A DNA stretch of 60,650 bases, counting the filler, from Sphacelaria rigidula (taxonomy: Eukaryota), in NCBI GenBank assembly GCA_964200075.2. It is 7 parts of 7 records of this genome, joined end to end, with 100 filler letters (N's around TTAATTAATTAA, not from the genome) between each part and the next. Parts side by side here need not be neighbours in the genome. Positions count along the whole stretch, not along the records: positions 43,395 to 51,972 come from CAXNAA020010719.1; positions 52,073 to 60,650 come from CAXNAA020010720.1; 5 more parts are not named here. One strand, written 5' to 3'. A program made the position numbers and the translations under genes. Of the stretch, positions 49,801-60,650 are shown piece by piece. The first letter of the stretch is position 1; each line of letters starts with the position of its first letter. Under the pieces are notes generated by a model, which was not told the DNA's origin, made no database searches, and saw nothing but the letters and a program-made list of their open reading frames with translations.

Positions 49801-51315
49801 AGAGTGCAGAGTGGAGGCGTTGTGACGTGGCTTGATGTGGATTTATTTTTCAGGTTGCCGCCAAATGTGCGATCGACCAGCGTGCAGTCCGAAAATGCAC
49901 AGGTCAGCACATCATTGACTGTGCCATACCCTGCGGCACCGTCCGTACCGCACACTATGCTTCATTGCACCTGCAGTACTTCAATCCACCATGGCGTACC
50001 ACAGCGCACTGCAGTGCTGTAGTGCTGTGCAGGGTAGAGTTCAGCCAGTGCAGTACAGAGAGTGCAATGCAGAACACTACAACAGTATATTGCGGTACGG
50101 TGAACTACAGCGATACCGTACAGTCAGTCGTACAGGAGTACAGTTATGCCGGTGAATGAAGGCCTTACCGACCAAAAATCCGTCAACTGAAAATAAAATG
50201 AACGCGGAGGGGTTTTGAAGACGTATTGAAGCCGTCATAGACTGGTCGGACCTGTGCCGAACCTGTGCTGAATCCGTGCCGAACATAACACACACTCCAT
50301 CCCAAGTAGGCCCTGACTTCTAAGGCATGCCGAAGCGGGGTCGAAGGCAAACCGTCTAAGGCACGTCTCAGGCAAAATAGTTGGCCTCATACGACTGCTA
50401 AGGCATGCCTTACTCTGATTCATGCCTGAAATGCCTTACTTTATAGCTCGAGATGCCTGAGACTGGCCGTAGACTTGCCATAGCCTTACCTTAGACAATC
50501 ACTCCGGTTACCCGAATAATTGGAGTGGGAGTTGTCGTAAGCTTGACTTATTGCTATTGTTCTCGTGGTATAATGTGTTTGGCTTTGTGAAATAGGAAAT
50601 ATGGTGTCCGAAATCGGGCCCCATTCACGGGCATATCAGTACAACAGTATGCAACGCTTTCAAGCAAAAGGCAGGGCCGCATCGTGATGATTCCCCAACA
50701 TGCCACCCATACTGGTGGTGCAAGAAGTCATGACCTCTAACGGAATGACAATGTAGCCACGTGTAGTACTGCGTGTGCGTCGTAGACTACGAATCGTTCA
50801 CATGGTCTTCTTACAGCTGAAGCTGGCGAACATGTGGAACTGCACCCAAGGCAACGGCGTGTATCCGCCGAGCATTTGAATCTCCACTCAGTGCAGCCAA
50901 GCGAATGCTGATGACGTGGCAGCGCCAGGGAGGTCATCTGATTGCAATGCAAAGCGTTTCTACTTCGTGACTGGTCTATTGTGATGAGCATGCCAGTTGT
51001 GATGAATGGTCCACTTTGCTTGTCAGGGTATATTGATGTTAAACTGGCTGTGATCATGGTGGTGAAAGTGGGCGTTCTTCTTCGTTCCGCTATGAACTAT
51101 GAAGAGGCACGACGGTTCTCAGAGTGAAGAGGTGCAAACGGCACTTTTACTGTGAAGAAATCGCTTTAAAAACTACTTCATAGCGGAAAGTGCACCGTTA
51201 CCGGCTATTTTTCCTTTCACTCTGACTCTTTGATGAAAAAAAACGTTTCCCGAAACTCTCATGGTCTCGACTGAGACCTTGTCTTGACACATCATCTTTC
51301 GATCGAAGAAGTGCG

Positions 51316-51687
51316 GTGTGTTGTGTGTTGTCATCTAATCCATTCTGGACGCCAGTCTACACCTTTCGGTATATGGGGGCGATTCAAGCGGGATCACACA
51401 GGAACAAGAGCAAGAAAGGAATTTTTTTCTATTATATGTTTTCGTTCTCCACCTTCCTTCTGCGGTGCTTGCCTTATTTTTTATCGCGAGAGGTGTTCAG
51501 CGGTCCCTTTTCCTGGTCGACCATGAAGCCGAATTTTTGTGTACCCACGACATACTCGATCTCCGCTCCGCTGTTGGGCATGGTGTGGGGAATAATCCCA
51601 GATCGTGTGACTGCACCGAGACTCGAAGCCACGACCCGAACGTCAGAAGGTTTCGAGGTTACCAACTGAGACACCGGGGCGACCGGC
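51316..51687 (-). mobile_element. tRNA-derived SINE, apparently full length
   Basis: Minus-strand head GCCGGTCGCCCCGGTGTCTCAGTTGGTAA...GCTTCGAGTCTC (A and B boxes) and a CA-rich tail; the tail region recurs at 60585-60650. Confidence 0.75.
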
Positions 51688-51972
51688 GGTGGAGAACGAA
51701 AGTTCCGATTTGTTCAGATCGTGATTTTTACATGAATGACTATAGTTGAAGCATAACCCATTAGGTCTGAACCTTCCTTTTATACCGCACATTTTCGACC
51801 AGAAAATAATGTGATTGGACATGCCCCACTCGTTTAGCAGCTACTACTCCTCACAAACTACCACGGTCAGGACAAATAAATATTCGTCTGGAAATTACTT
51901 GGTTTTAGTATAATAAGTTGAATCGTGATGAATGAATCCCCATTACTCATTTCAGCGTTACAACCCAGGTAC

Positions 51973-52072
51973 NNNNNNNNNNNNNNNNNNNNNNNNNNNN
52001 NNNNNNNNNNNNNNNNTTAATTAATTAANNNNNNNNNNNNNNNNNNNNNNNNNNNNNNNNNNNNNNNNNNNN
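51973..52072. other. artificial contig linker
   Basis: N44-TTAATTAATTAA-N44. Confidence 0.98.
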
Positions 52073-52295
52073 GGCCAATATTTGGAGTTAGAACCTGAAA
52101 TTTGGTATGGTTAATGCATCGGGCATAATAAAGGTTCTTGTTTATTTTCCGTGAGTTCAAGGGCAATAATCAGTTTCCAGGTTTCAGCAAAACGCCCTCA
52201 TCTCCAAAAAAAAACTCAATGTGCTTTTTCGGCGATTCATCATGCCCCATGCATTATCCATGCCAAATTTCAGGGTCTGACTCCAAATATTGGCC
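52073..52295. repeat. imperfect inverted repeat (~55-bp arms), foldback/MITE-like
   Basis: GGCCAATATTTGGAGTTAGAACCTGAAATTTGG at 52073 versus CCAAATTTCAGGGTCTGACTCCAAATATTGGCC ending at 52295. Confidence 0.8.
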
Positions 52296-52629
52296 GGCGC
52301 ATCCGCCTGCAAACATTCATGCAGCCGTTAGGCTGGCCCAGCTCGTATGATAACAGAGAATCCTCGGAGGTTGAACACGGCGCTCAAACTAGTCGCGATG
52401 TTACCAACTTCGGTGCAAAGTGACCCTAGAAGGTCGCGTTTAGAAAAAAATCTATGTAGACTGACCTAAACAACTTTTCTCCAGAAACGTTTTGCAGTCC
52501 ATAGCGGCATTTCACGACGGGCGAATTCGAATTCCTCCCGTGGGTTGATTTCCCAGACCCCAGTCGATCACGACAAATGTTGTGTTTTGTTTTCACGGCA
52601 TGGTGGCTCCCCTCTGTTGGGGAGTGATG

Positions 52630-52716
52630 ACCCTGACCGCTTCGAGATTCGAACCTGATGAAATCGTCAGAAGGCATGGAGATCGAGGTCATCACCTGAT
52701 CCACAAGGGCGACCAA
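52630..52716 (-). mobile_element. tRNA-like SINE head related to 51316-51687, different body
   Basis: GAGATTCGAACC...CGTCAGAAGG...TCGAGGT...GGGCGACC aligns with 51617-51685. Confidence 0.55.
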
Positions 52717-54010
52717 CTCGGCCTATACGATTCAATACGGGCTCACGGGTGACTTTTGCGTCCTTGCCGGCAGCTACTATTGTTCAAGCAACATGAGCTG
52801 AAACAGATATTTCCTTTTCTCTGTGGGTGTTCGAAAAGCAGATTGGACGAAACACGATGTTTTATTTCAAGGATAACCTTTCCAGGTCCGCATTCCGTAC
52901 GGTGTAATTTTCCTCAAGGGGAACCTTCCAGTTACCCAGTTAAATCGATACGCGTAGGGCAACCATGAACCCCGTTAAATAATATACATGAGCCAAAAAA
53001 AAACTGGCAGAGGCGGCCCCGGCGGAGGGACCCCAAGAGGGCCCGCGCTCGAGTCACCGCGTCGGAGGTACACGAATTTACAAGATTTGGGTAAAGCCGG
53101 AAATTGCGTCAAACTCGTTTTGATTAGGTGTGGTGCGCGACCTCTCTCACCCTCGAAGACCCTCCATGAGGTTATGAAGTCCTGTGTCCAGGGGGATTTC
53201 GACAGATTCGAGACATGAGTGATGATGAAAATTCACCTTGTCCAGATATCACGAAGACATCGAGTGGAAAAAAATAAATTCAACGGTACGTGCGTACACT
53301 AGTGATGGTCAGTCGCAAGTCGGCGAAATTTGCCCGCAACAACCACGGCTTTGATGTATATCTGCTGCTGAGAACTACAAAAAAACACACGACGACTCGA
53401 CCATATCATTCAAGCTGTTTCTTCGCGAACACCGGAGACTCCTTCAACTAGACGACAGGAGCACGATGATGCTCATGAAGCGGCTGGCTTACTGCACTTC
53501 TTCTTCCGTCTCAATTCTTCGAGAACGGGGGAAAAGCTGCGCTTAGAAAGGAAGCGGTGAAGGCCCAAATGAGCAAAACCTCCACGGCCCCTCAGTGCCT
53601 CACGCTTCCACCTCGTCTCTCTAGTAGCAACGTCTCTACTCTAAACATTTCAGTATGGAAAGGTAGAAGTTTTCTGGCACTCTTCTTTTGACCTGGCCAT
53701 GCGTCGAAAGAAGAGGTAGCAGTCGACCCTTTCATCCCCACTCCGATTCAAAACCACAGATCACGACAGTACGACCAGAATCGGAACAAACGATCATATG
53801 CTGGAAATTCAGCGACGGATCAAGCCAAACTCGCTCAAAGCACCACGTCGAAAATCCGTGAAAAACATACGAACACGACGGAAAAGCTGCCTATATTTTC
53901 TCCACCCCCTTGTGGTTCACGTACGGTGAAAAAATATGCCGAAATGGTCATTTTCTCGTGGAACTCCGTCCGACAATCCTTGTTCCACTTTAGCGTAATT
54001 TGTCAATATA

Positions 54011-54315
54011 TTACTTCATCGCCTTCCCCTCCTCTACACCTTTCTTCTTCTGCTCAGTGCCGAAGTATACAGTGATGAGGAAAGCACACGGCACGAAAAC
54101 ACCGAGGACGATTGCGAGCGTCGCCGTTCCGCTGTCAGCGATGAGCTCGGTGGGAAGCTGCGTCACGAGGCTGCTGGATTGGTCCGCCGCACGAGAGGCG
54201 ATTGGTGCAAATACGGACGTCGCGACGGCCAAAGCCGCTGCAGGTACTGCTGCCGCTGGTGATGGTGCCTTCATCTGCAGAGCTGACGACGTCGTCGATG
54301 CGGATACTGTTCCTG
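54011..54315 (-). CDS. psbM: photosystem II PsbM-like precursor, exon 2
   Basis: AAAG acceptor (54316-54317), phase 1. Encodes a Ser/Thr-rich transit part, an Ala-rich thylakoid-signal-like segment and the TM helix LAIVLGVFVPCAFLITVY resembling PsbM (L..L.P..FL...Y); ends at TAA. Confidence 0.8.
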
Positions 54316-57300
54316 CTTTTGCACAAATCGGGTCAAGTCGGGATTCAGAGAGCGCTGTGAATGGGGGCCGGCATTTTGAGCAGTATATGATTCGCCTCGT
54401 GATGGCCGTGTCACGAGTTGTCCTGTGAAAGGGACCAGCTTTCACGTGAATTTATCTCCGGTTCGTGTTCGCGTGAAAGCGGAATTGATGCAAAACATGA
54501 ATATGGGGTTCTAGTCCGGACGACAATCGAGGAATACTGGGCAAAACGAAACATCATCTTGCGGTGCTTAAAACAGGGTGATGGCGAAGACCCACGAGGT
54601 GAAAATCTCAAGAAGATGAGACCCTCGATTCGAGCAGTTTCCGATACAGTCCCAACGTCTGTAGGTTAGATGGAAGATTACCTTGGTCAGGGGTGAAAAT
54701 ATGGATGTACTCGATGCCATACCCAAGTCGATCGACAGCGACCAAGCGTGGATGCGCTGTTTTGTAGTGGTGCTGGGAGCCACAGTGGGGTGCTCGTGTG
54801 AATTTGAAACCACGCGGTGTTATACTGTAAGATGACCACAATCTACATGGTCGAAAGCCAGGCCAGCCTGAAAAGGGCATGGCGGTTGCAGACTCATTTT
54901 CACCTCAACCAAGAGTTGGGGTTTCAAATCATAGGGAATCGCAAGGGCGTGATGAGCAAAGGTTGATGCGTTGCAGATGTTTTCTTGATCTGAAAGCAAA
55001 CGAAAACCAGGTTTCACTCAACGTTCCCGAGTTTAGAAAAATCAAACGCGGTCGGGTGCTTAGACTGAATTCGTAACCGTACGTCGTTACACTGTCGAAT
55101 GACCACAATTGACGGAGAGGGAGTCGGGTAAGGCTAGGGACGAACCTGTAGGTTGCAGGTCCATCGTCACCTCGACTTCGAGAATGAGGGTTTTCAATTT
55201 GAAATGGAGCATCGCTAGAGCATGATAATCGAAGGACGTTGGGGAGGAATATTCCATCCTTGGGGAGCTGAAAATATTCACCTAACGCTCGGAAGTCATG
55301 AATCTTGGTAAAACAATATTAGGGTGGTGTTCGGTGGTGGAAGGCGCCTTACCATGGTCAGAAGGGCTACTTTTTGCGCCCGTAACTGACAAATTGGAAA
55401 AGGGGATCCATGCTTCTCGTGTGTAAATATGCCCTCGCGATTTCCCGTGATTATTCCGAAAAATGACCCCAGAAACCAAGTTTGAGGGTCGAGCAAGTTT
55501 ACGCCCGTGTGAACCACCATACCGAATCAACATTAGGGCATGACTTGGAACAAACGCACGATGAAGATCTGGTGCATTCCGTGCCTCTGCTCTCAAGAGT
55601 ATCGGAGTTCAGAGTGGAATCTCATGTGCGCCATCTTTACACAGGCGACGAAGCAGGGGAAGATGGTGGTATCGATCATGTTCCCATGCTCCAGGGAATG
55701 TATACACACATTTCATCCGCCGTGTGGATCATTCGGGGTTCAATAAAAAAGCTTTCATGACCTTCGTCACCGCACCGTGTAGAAGTCAAGTCGACATGGC
55801 ATGAATCAACGAGAAAAGTTGGCCGAGGCTGTTTAGCACATGGGTATCTTCCTTTTGATGAGGTGTGCCCATCACGGACCAAGTCGTTTGGGTCGATGAG
55901 ATATGACCGAGAGAGCTCAACTCCAGTTTCATGGCTTGCGCAGCACGACGATACTTTTTCATCATCCTGGAAACTTGTCAGACGAAACGCGTTTCATTCG
56001 TTCTGTCCCTCGGACCCTTTGCTGTGTGTTCTGTGTGTGTCCCACTCCCGTCATGTCGGGTCATGTTTGGTACCTGGCAACAACGCAGCAATTACCGCAG
56101 CGTAGCATTGTCCGATAAGTCATGACTGAAGAATATCGAACCTGTCTCAGACCTCAGAGATTTCCGCTCGGGGGGGGAGCGAAGTGGGTTCCGGGAATCA
56201 AGTTTTTCGGTCCATCAGCAGCTATGCACGCCCCTCTTCCAACAGGTCAAAACATTTGAATGAGGTTTACTTGCTCAATAAGACGAGACACGAAGCACCG
56301 TAGCCAAGAGCAAGAGACAACGGAAAAAATAGTCGGGAAGGTAAGCAGTCGGTACGATTTTTTTTCCAGGCTATCCCAGTGGGGTCATGTTTTATCACGA
56401 AAAAATTTATTTGTGAACGTGGGGTAGAATCGAATTGGTTTTGCACAGGGGATATATGATACGTCCACAACACTCAATGTCAGATGGCTCAAAGCCCTGT
56501 CAACAATCATCTGTGTTCGACGTGTACGACGAAAAACTGAAGGCCTCGACATCTTCGATCGAGAAAAGACGGTGGAAAAGTTCGAAGAGGCGTACGACTC
56601 CCGTCCTGCCGACGAAACCAAGTCCCGATACCACTCTTTCACAGGATCATGCGAACTCCACACGGTTTGGTCACATCCACCGACCTTACGCTACCGCATA
56701 CATGACTCGGGCACGGGATACAAACGAGTGGTAGGGAAAAGACACATGGCACTACGTGCTCATTTTTTGTTAGTGGAAACTCGAGCATCTGATTATCTGA
56801 CGCTGAGTCCAGCGATGGAACTGCGCCGGCGGCCGAATTGCGTACACGCTCGCAGACAGTAGACAGGACAAATCTGCACGTTCCATTGTTGTTCACGTCC
56901 TGCCGCTACAGATAGCCCTGTGCCTCCTATACTTAACGTTGCCCGTTCATCTTTCACATCCCTGCATGCTGCACGAAAGACGCTCGTGTATACATTTACA
57001 GAGAGCGCAGTACCGTCTATAATGATTACAAGTGAACAAGTGCCACTTCGCCAATCCCATCGTCATTTAATCGAAAGAATGTTGATTCACTCAACCCAAG
57101 ATACAGTCCAACAAGCGGTTTCAATTTCGCCACACCAACTTGTTCGAGTCCAAAACATGTTCACCAGACACGGCGTGAGTCCTCGCTTGGTTGCGTGTTA
57201 ATCGCACGTGAACATATTCAGGTCAAACCTACGGGAACCCTCCCCTCCCGTCCTCAGGTAAGACGCCCCATTATTCCAAGCCGACGAGGTATTAAAAGAT

Positions 57301-59494
57301 GAACAGAGAGGAGACCGACGGCAGCATTTCCACGGCGGGAGGCTACAGAAAAATCCACCAGCATACGTCGTGCGCGCTTCGAAATGTCACCCCGATGCAG
57401 TCGAATCAATTTCGTCCAGTGAGGGACGCAACGGATCAAGTTCGTGCACCAAGTCAGAATCACCACTCGCGAGCCTGTCAAGTATATACAAAAATAAATC
57501 GATACCACCTGTCTATTTCCTCTAGATTGAGTCACGTGCGGCATTTCGGCACCTCTTCATACGGGAAACACGGCTCGGGCTACCAGTTTTGCGTGAAAAC
57601 TGTTCATTCTTGATCATGTCATTCAAAAACACAGCACCTCCAAATCCACTCTTTCCCGTACCAGTACCGTAAGGGTTCAACCGCCGTGTATCAAGTCATG
57701 TGATGGATACGGCGGTGCAAGTTTGCCACCCAATACCGCGGCAGGTTGTGAGTTCGGATCCCATCAGAAGTGTTTCAACCTCGAAAAAATAGTGTTGTAC
57801 CAGTCAGGACAGCATATATGGCGGCTGCTCACACAGCAGTACAGATGTACCGACGCCGCACCTAGGAACTATTCTTACCCTCGTACGTGGTGACCGTGGT
57901 CCCCAGAGAGGGAACACTGTACTACTGTACGTAAGACATCATACACGAGACATACGACGGACTGCACGCGATTTTCTCAGGCACAACCGTGGCGCCTGGG
58001 CTCGCAAGTATTGCTACACGACTATCTTGTACGAATACCATTAAACTTGCAAGGATCGGGGTCAGTCGTTTGGGCTCCACGGCGGTGTCGCTTGATCGAC
58101 ATCGCCCTTCCTGCCTTCCTTTCAGCTCAACCTTTGCGCATGTGCTGTTGCTCTCGCTTCCCCAACGCCGTCAAACCTTCAACTTCGATTTCATTCCCGA
58201 TTTTTTACGTGAATGGCATGGTTTGGACGCCATCTAGCAAGAGGAAGCTGTTCGTGAGCATGGTGAAGTGGTGCAGAATCAACGATGCGCTTCCTCTCGT
58301 CGTATCGGCAGATCTGCCTCATATCCAATTAGATATGATCCGTCACTTGATTCCGCCGCTTTTCGACGAAAGAAGAGCGGGAAGCAATTCCCAGAAAAAC
58401 AACAGTGTCAAGGTACGACTTCTATTATAGTGCACATGCTATAGTCACTGCGGTACAATGACGTATCCTCGGAAGCGTCGCAAATCGGTGAGTGTATAGC
58501 GTATCAGCACCAGGCTGGGTTGCAGTTCATAGCATGTTCTTTTATCCAGCTAATTCTTCGACGCTGAAAAGTTATCAGAGACTGAATGGTTGTCCGTTGT
58601 AAAGGCTAGCTCACCGGGCGTGATGAAGATACCTCAATTGTTCATTTTATCAACCGAGTTTGTGTCAGCGTATTTAGTGGAGGAAAGCCGCATGTGCTGC
58701 ACCAGGTAACATGGTTCTTCATCGACAGCAACGCATAGTGACAAGCAGACCACGCGCGAGTCCACCACAACCGTCTATCGCGGCCCCAGCAAAGATGGCA
58801 ACAGCTGAATGGCAACGTTGAGGTAACATGTTCACGCGTGCGTGTTGTCGCAATGTCTGCGTCAACTTGACAATTTCAAGTGAAAAATAGTGTTAATAAA
58901 GAGTGTCATTGTCATGACAGCGAGCTCCAGAAAGCAGCACCTCCGACAGGGGGCGGTAAAGGAATAGCGCTGGCAATGAAAACTATGAAAGTGGCATGCG
59001 AAGACCAAGTGTACACGAATGCTTCGCCTTGTCGTCTTATCTGGTACTGTATTGCTCTGTCTGTACTGCGTTACATATGTCTTGCATCAGCTTGTTAGCT
59101 TGTTGCAGTTGCCTCTCGGATGGACTCACATATAAGTCATCAGAGAAGGAGATATGTTACAAAAAGCAGCGTGTGGATTTGAATAAACACTAAAAGTAGC
59201 ACAAAACCATGAGCAGCAGCACTCGAGTAACGAAGTCAAGAGTTCACGGGTACTGGCTGTCTGCCCAGGCACGAACGCACACAGACTTGAATACATGACG
59301 GTCTCCATGCACCCACACCAACACTACACATACTTGCTTCATGCCCCACCCGATTTCAAAACATGCTGGATGCATACATGCCCCCACAACACCCCCTGCT
59401 GATAGTCGGTACAGACCACTCCTGGTCTCCTGATCGTGTTTCCAGTATTCGAAATCGACATGTCCAGAAACACTCAATTCCCTCGAGAACTTAC

Positions 59495-59585
59495 CATGTC
59501 TTGCGAAAGATGAAGGCGCCACGAAAGCCGATCCCAGGGCAACCATGCATAGAGCCACCAGCACAAAGAACGCCTTGAAAGCCAT
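59495..59585 (-). CDS. psbM: photosystem II PsbM-like precursor, exon 1 (signal peptide MAFKAFFVLVALCMVALGSA-FVAPSSFARH)
   Basis: GCCATGG start context, hydrophobic signal plus ASAFAP-like GSA|FVAP, G|GTAAGT donor in phase 1. Splicing to exon 2 gives a 131-aa ORF. Confidence 0.8.
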
Positions 59586-60584
59586 GGCAATTTTTGGGGG
59601 TTGTTGACCTGGCAAAAAAGTTGTAGATACTAGCAATAACAGGTCGTGGAGCGTTGTACAGCTTTGTTTTCACTTGTGTGATGACGAGAGAGAAGCTTGG
59701 AACTTGTAGAGGGACAACTTTCAATTTTCGATTCGACCTCTCTTGATCTTCCTTCAATGTCAAGAAATCACGAGCCAGGTACGTTTACAACTTGACGAAG
59801 GAGGCGTGTCGTGTAACCGTATAATTATACGATATGCGGCGGGATTTGCTGTCCAGTTGGATTAACTGATGTGCGGTTGGAGGTGTGTTTCCCAAGGACA
59901 CGGGTGCTATTTGCAGGGGCTTCTAAGTAGCGTGTCATGGGCTTGCTGATGCCTACATACCAAAGTCTATATTTCAAATCTTATGAAGAGGCATGTTATT
60001 GTAGATTCAAGACCTGATCCCGCTGCTGTCCGTTGTACAAGCATGCTGTTCAACTTTCAATTTGTTGAGCCCTGAGACTCTTTTCGGAGCAGTAGCAGTT
60101 TAGGCCGACCCCTAACCCAAAACCCCACCGCACTAGGACCGAACTAGCCCTTTTCTGTCAGCAAGCACTACCCCGTCAATGCAAATAAATCGTGCACTTG
60201 AAGGGTCCCGGTACCTGACTCGTGTACGGCGGCATTCGAACAAAGCAATTGTTTTTTCACATTTTCCAGTGAGTGGTGTAGGTCCACCCGTGGTTTAATG
60301 TCTGGTATGTCGTCGGAGGGGTCAGTCAGTCTGAGGGGTCAGTCAGTCACGTAAGTTCAGGATTTGCTTGACAACACACCGAAGGTATGACAGGTACTTA
60401 TGGATTTTCCACATCACCACCACCTGAGGACCAGCTGGCCAGCTCCTTCGTGTGCCTGTCGGGGAATCAGAACTATTTTACTGTTTACACTCTCTGCCTG
60501 TGGGCATGGACTGGTAGTTGGTTCCTTCATGCTGTTGTTGTACTACAGTATTTCTCTTTTATCACTCCCTACTACCGTCGTCTG

Positions 60585-60650
60585 TGTTGTGTGTGTGTTG
60601 TCGTCCCATTTATTCTGGGCGCCAGTCTACACCTTTCGGTATATGTGGGC
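60585..60650 (-). mobile_element. 3' end of a second copy of the 51316 SINE, cut by the window end
   Basis: TTCTGG.CGCCAGTCTACACCTTTCGGTATATG is shared with 51343-51375. Confidence 0.8.

Noticed and set aside
54480-56900. Possible decayed Copia integrase and a short duplication (54820-54960 vs 55087-55230) inside the psbM intron
   Set aside because: Only an HVDL-like motif is visible; too degenerate to call by eye.

Overview
Eukaryotic nuclear DNA, most likely a brown alga (Phaeophyceae). This is inferred from multi-kb GT-AG introns, a bipartite signal-peptide/ASAFAP-type plastid presequence and the repeat content. The window is not one locus. It is seven unrelated contigs of 8,578-8,579 bp joined by identical artificial 100-bp linkers (N44-TTAATTAATTAA-N44), so neighbourhood across linkers means nothing. 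Host genes: an intact two-exon, nucleus-encoded PsbM-like precursor (contig 7), three decayed exons of an organellar translation initiation factor IF-2 (contig 5), two in-phase exons of an unnamed protein (contig 1) and a weaker exon pair (contig 4). The rest is mostly mobile DNA: a decayed LINE, an internally deleted Copia with both LTRs, a Gypsy chromodomain remnant, tRNA-derived SINEs, several MITEs with TIRs/TSDs, a 63-bp satellite and long hairpins. The most notable item is in contig 3: a spliced, ~6-kb, frame-preserved but stop-interrupted gene whose motif order resembles an Academ (AcademX-type) DDE transposase fused to an XPG/PIN-like nuclease. I know this superfamily from animals, fungi and a red alga but not from stramenopiles. 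All family assignments are from motif recognition by eye; no database search was run.
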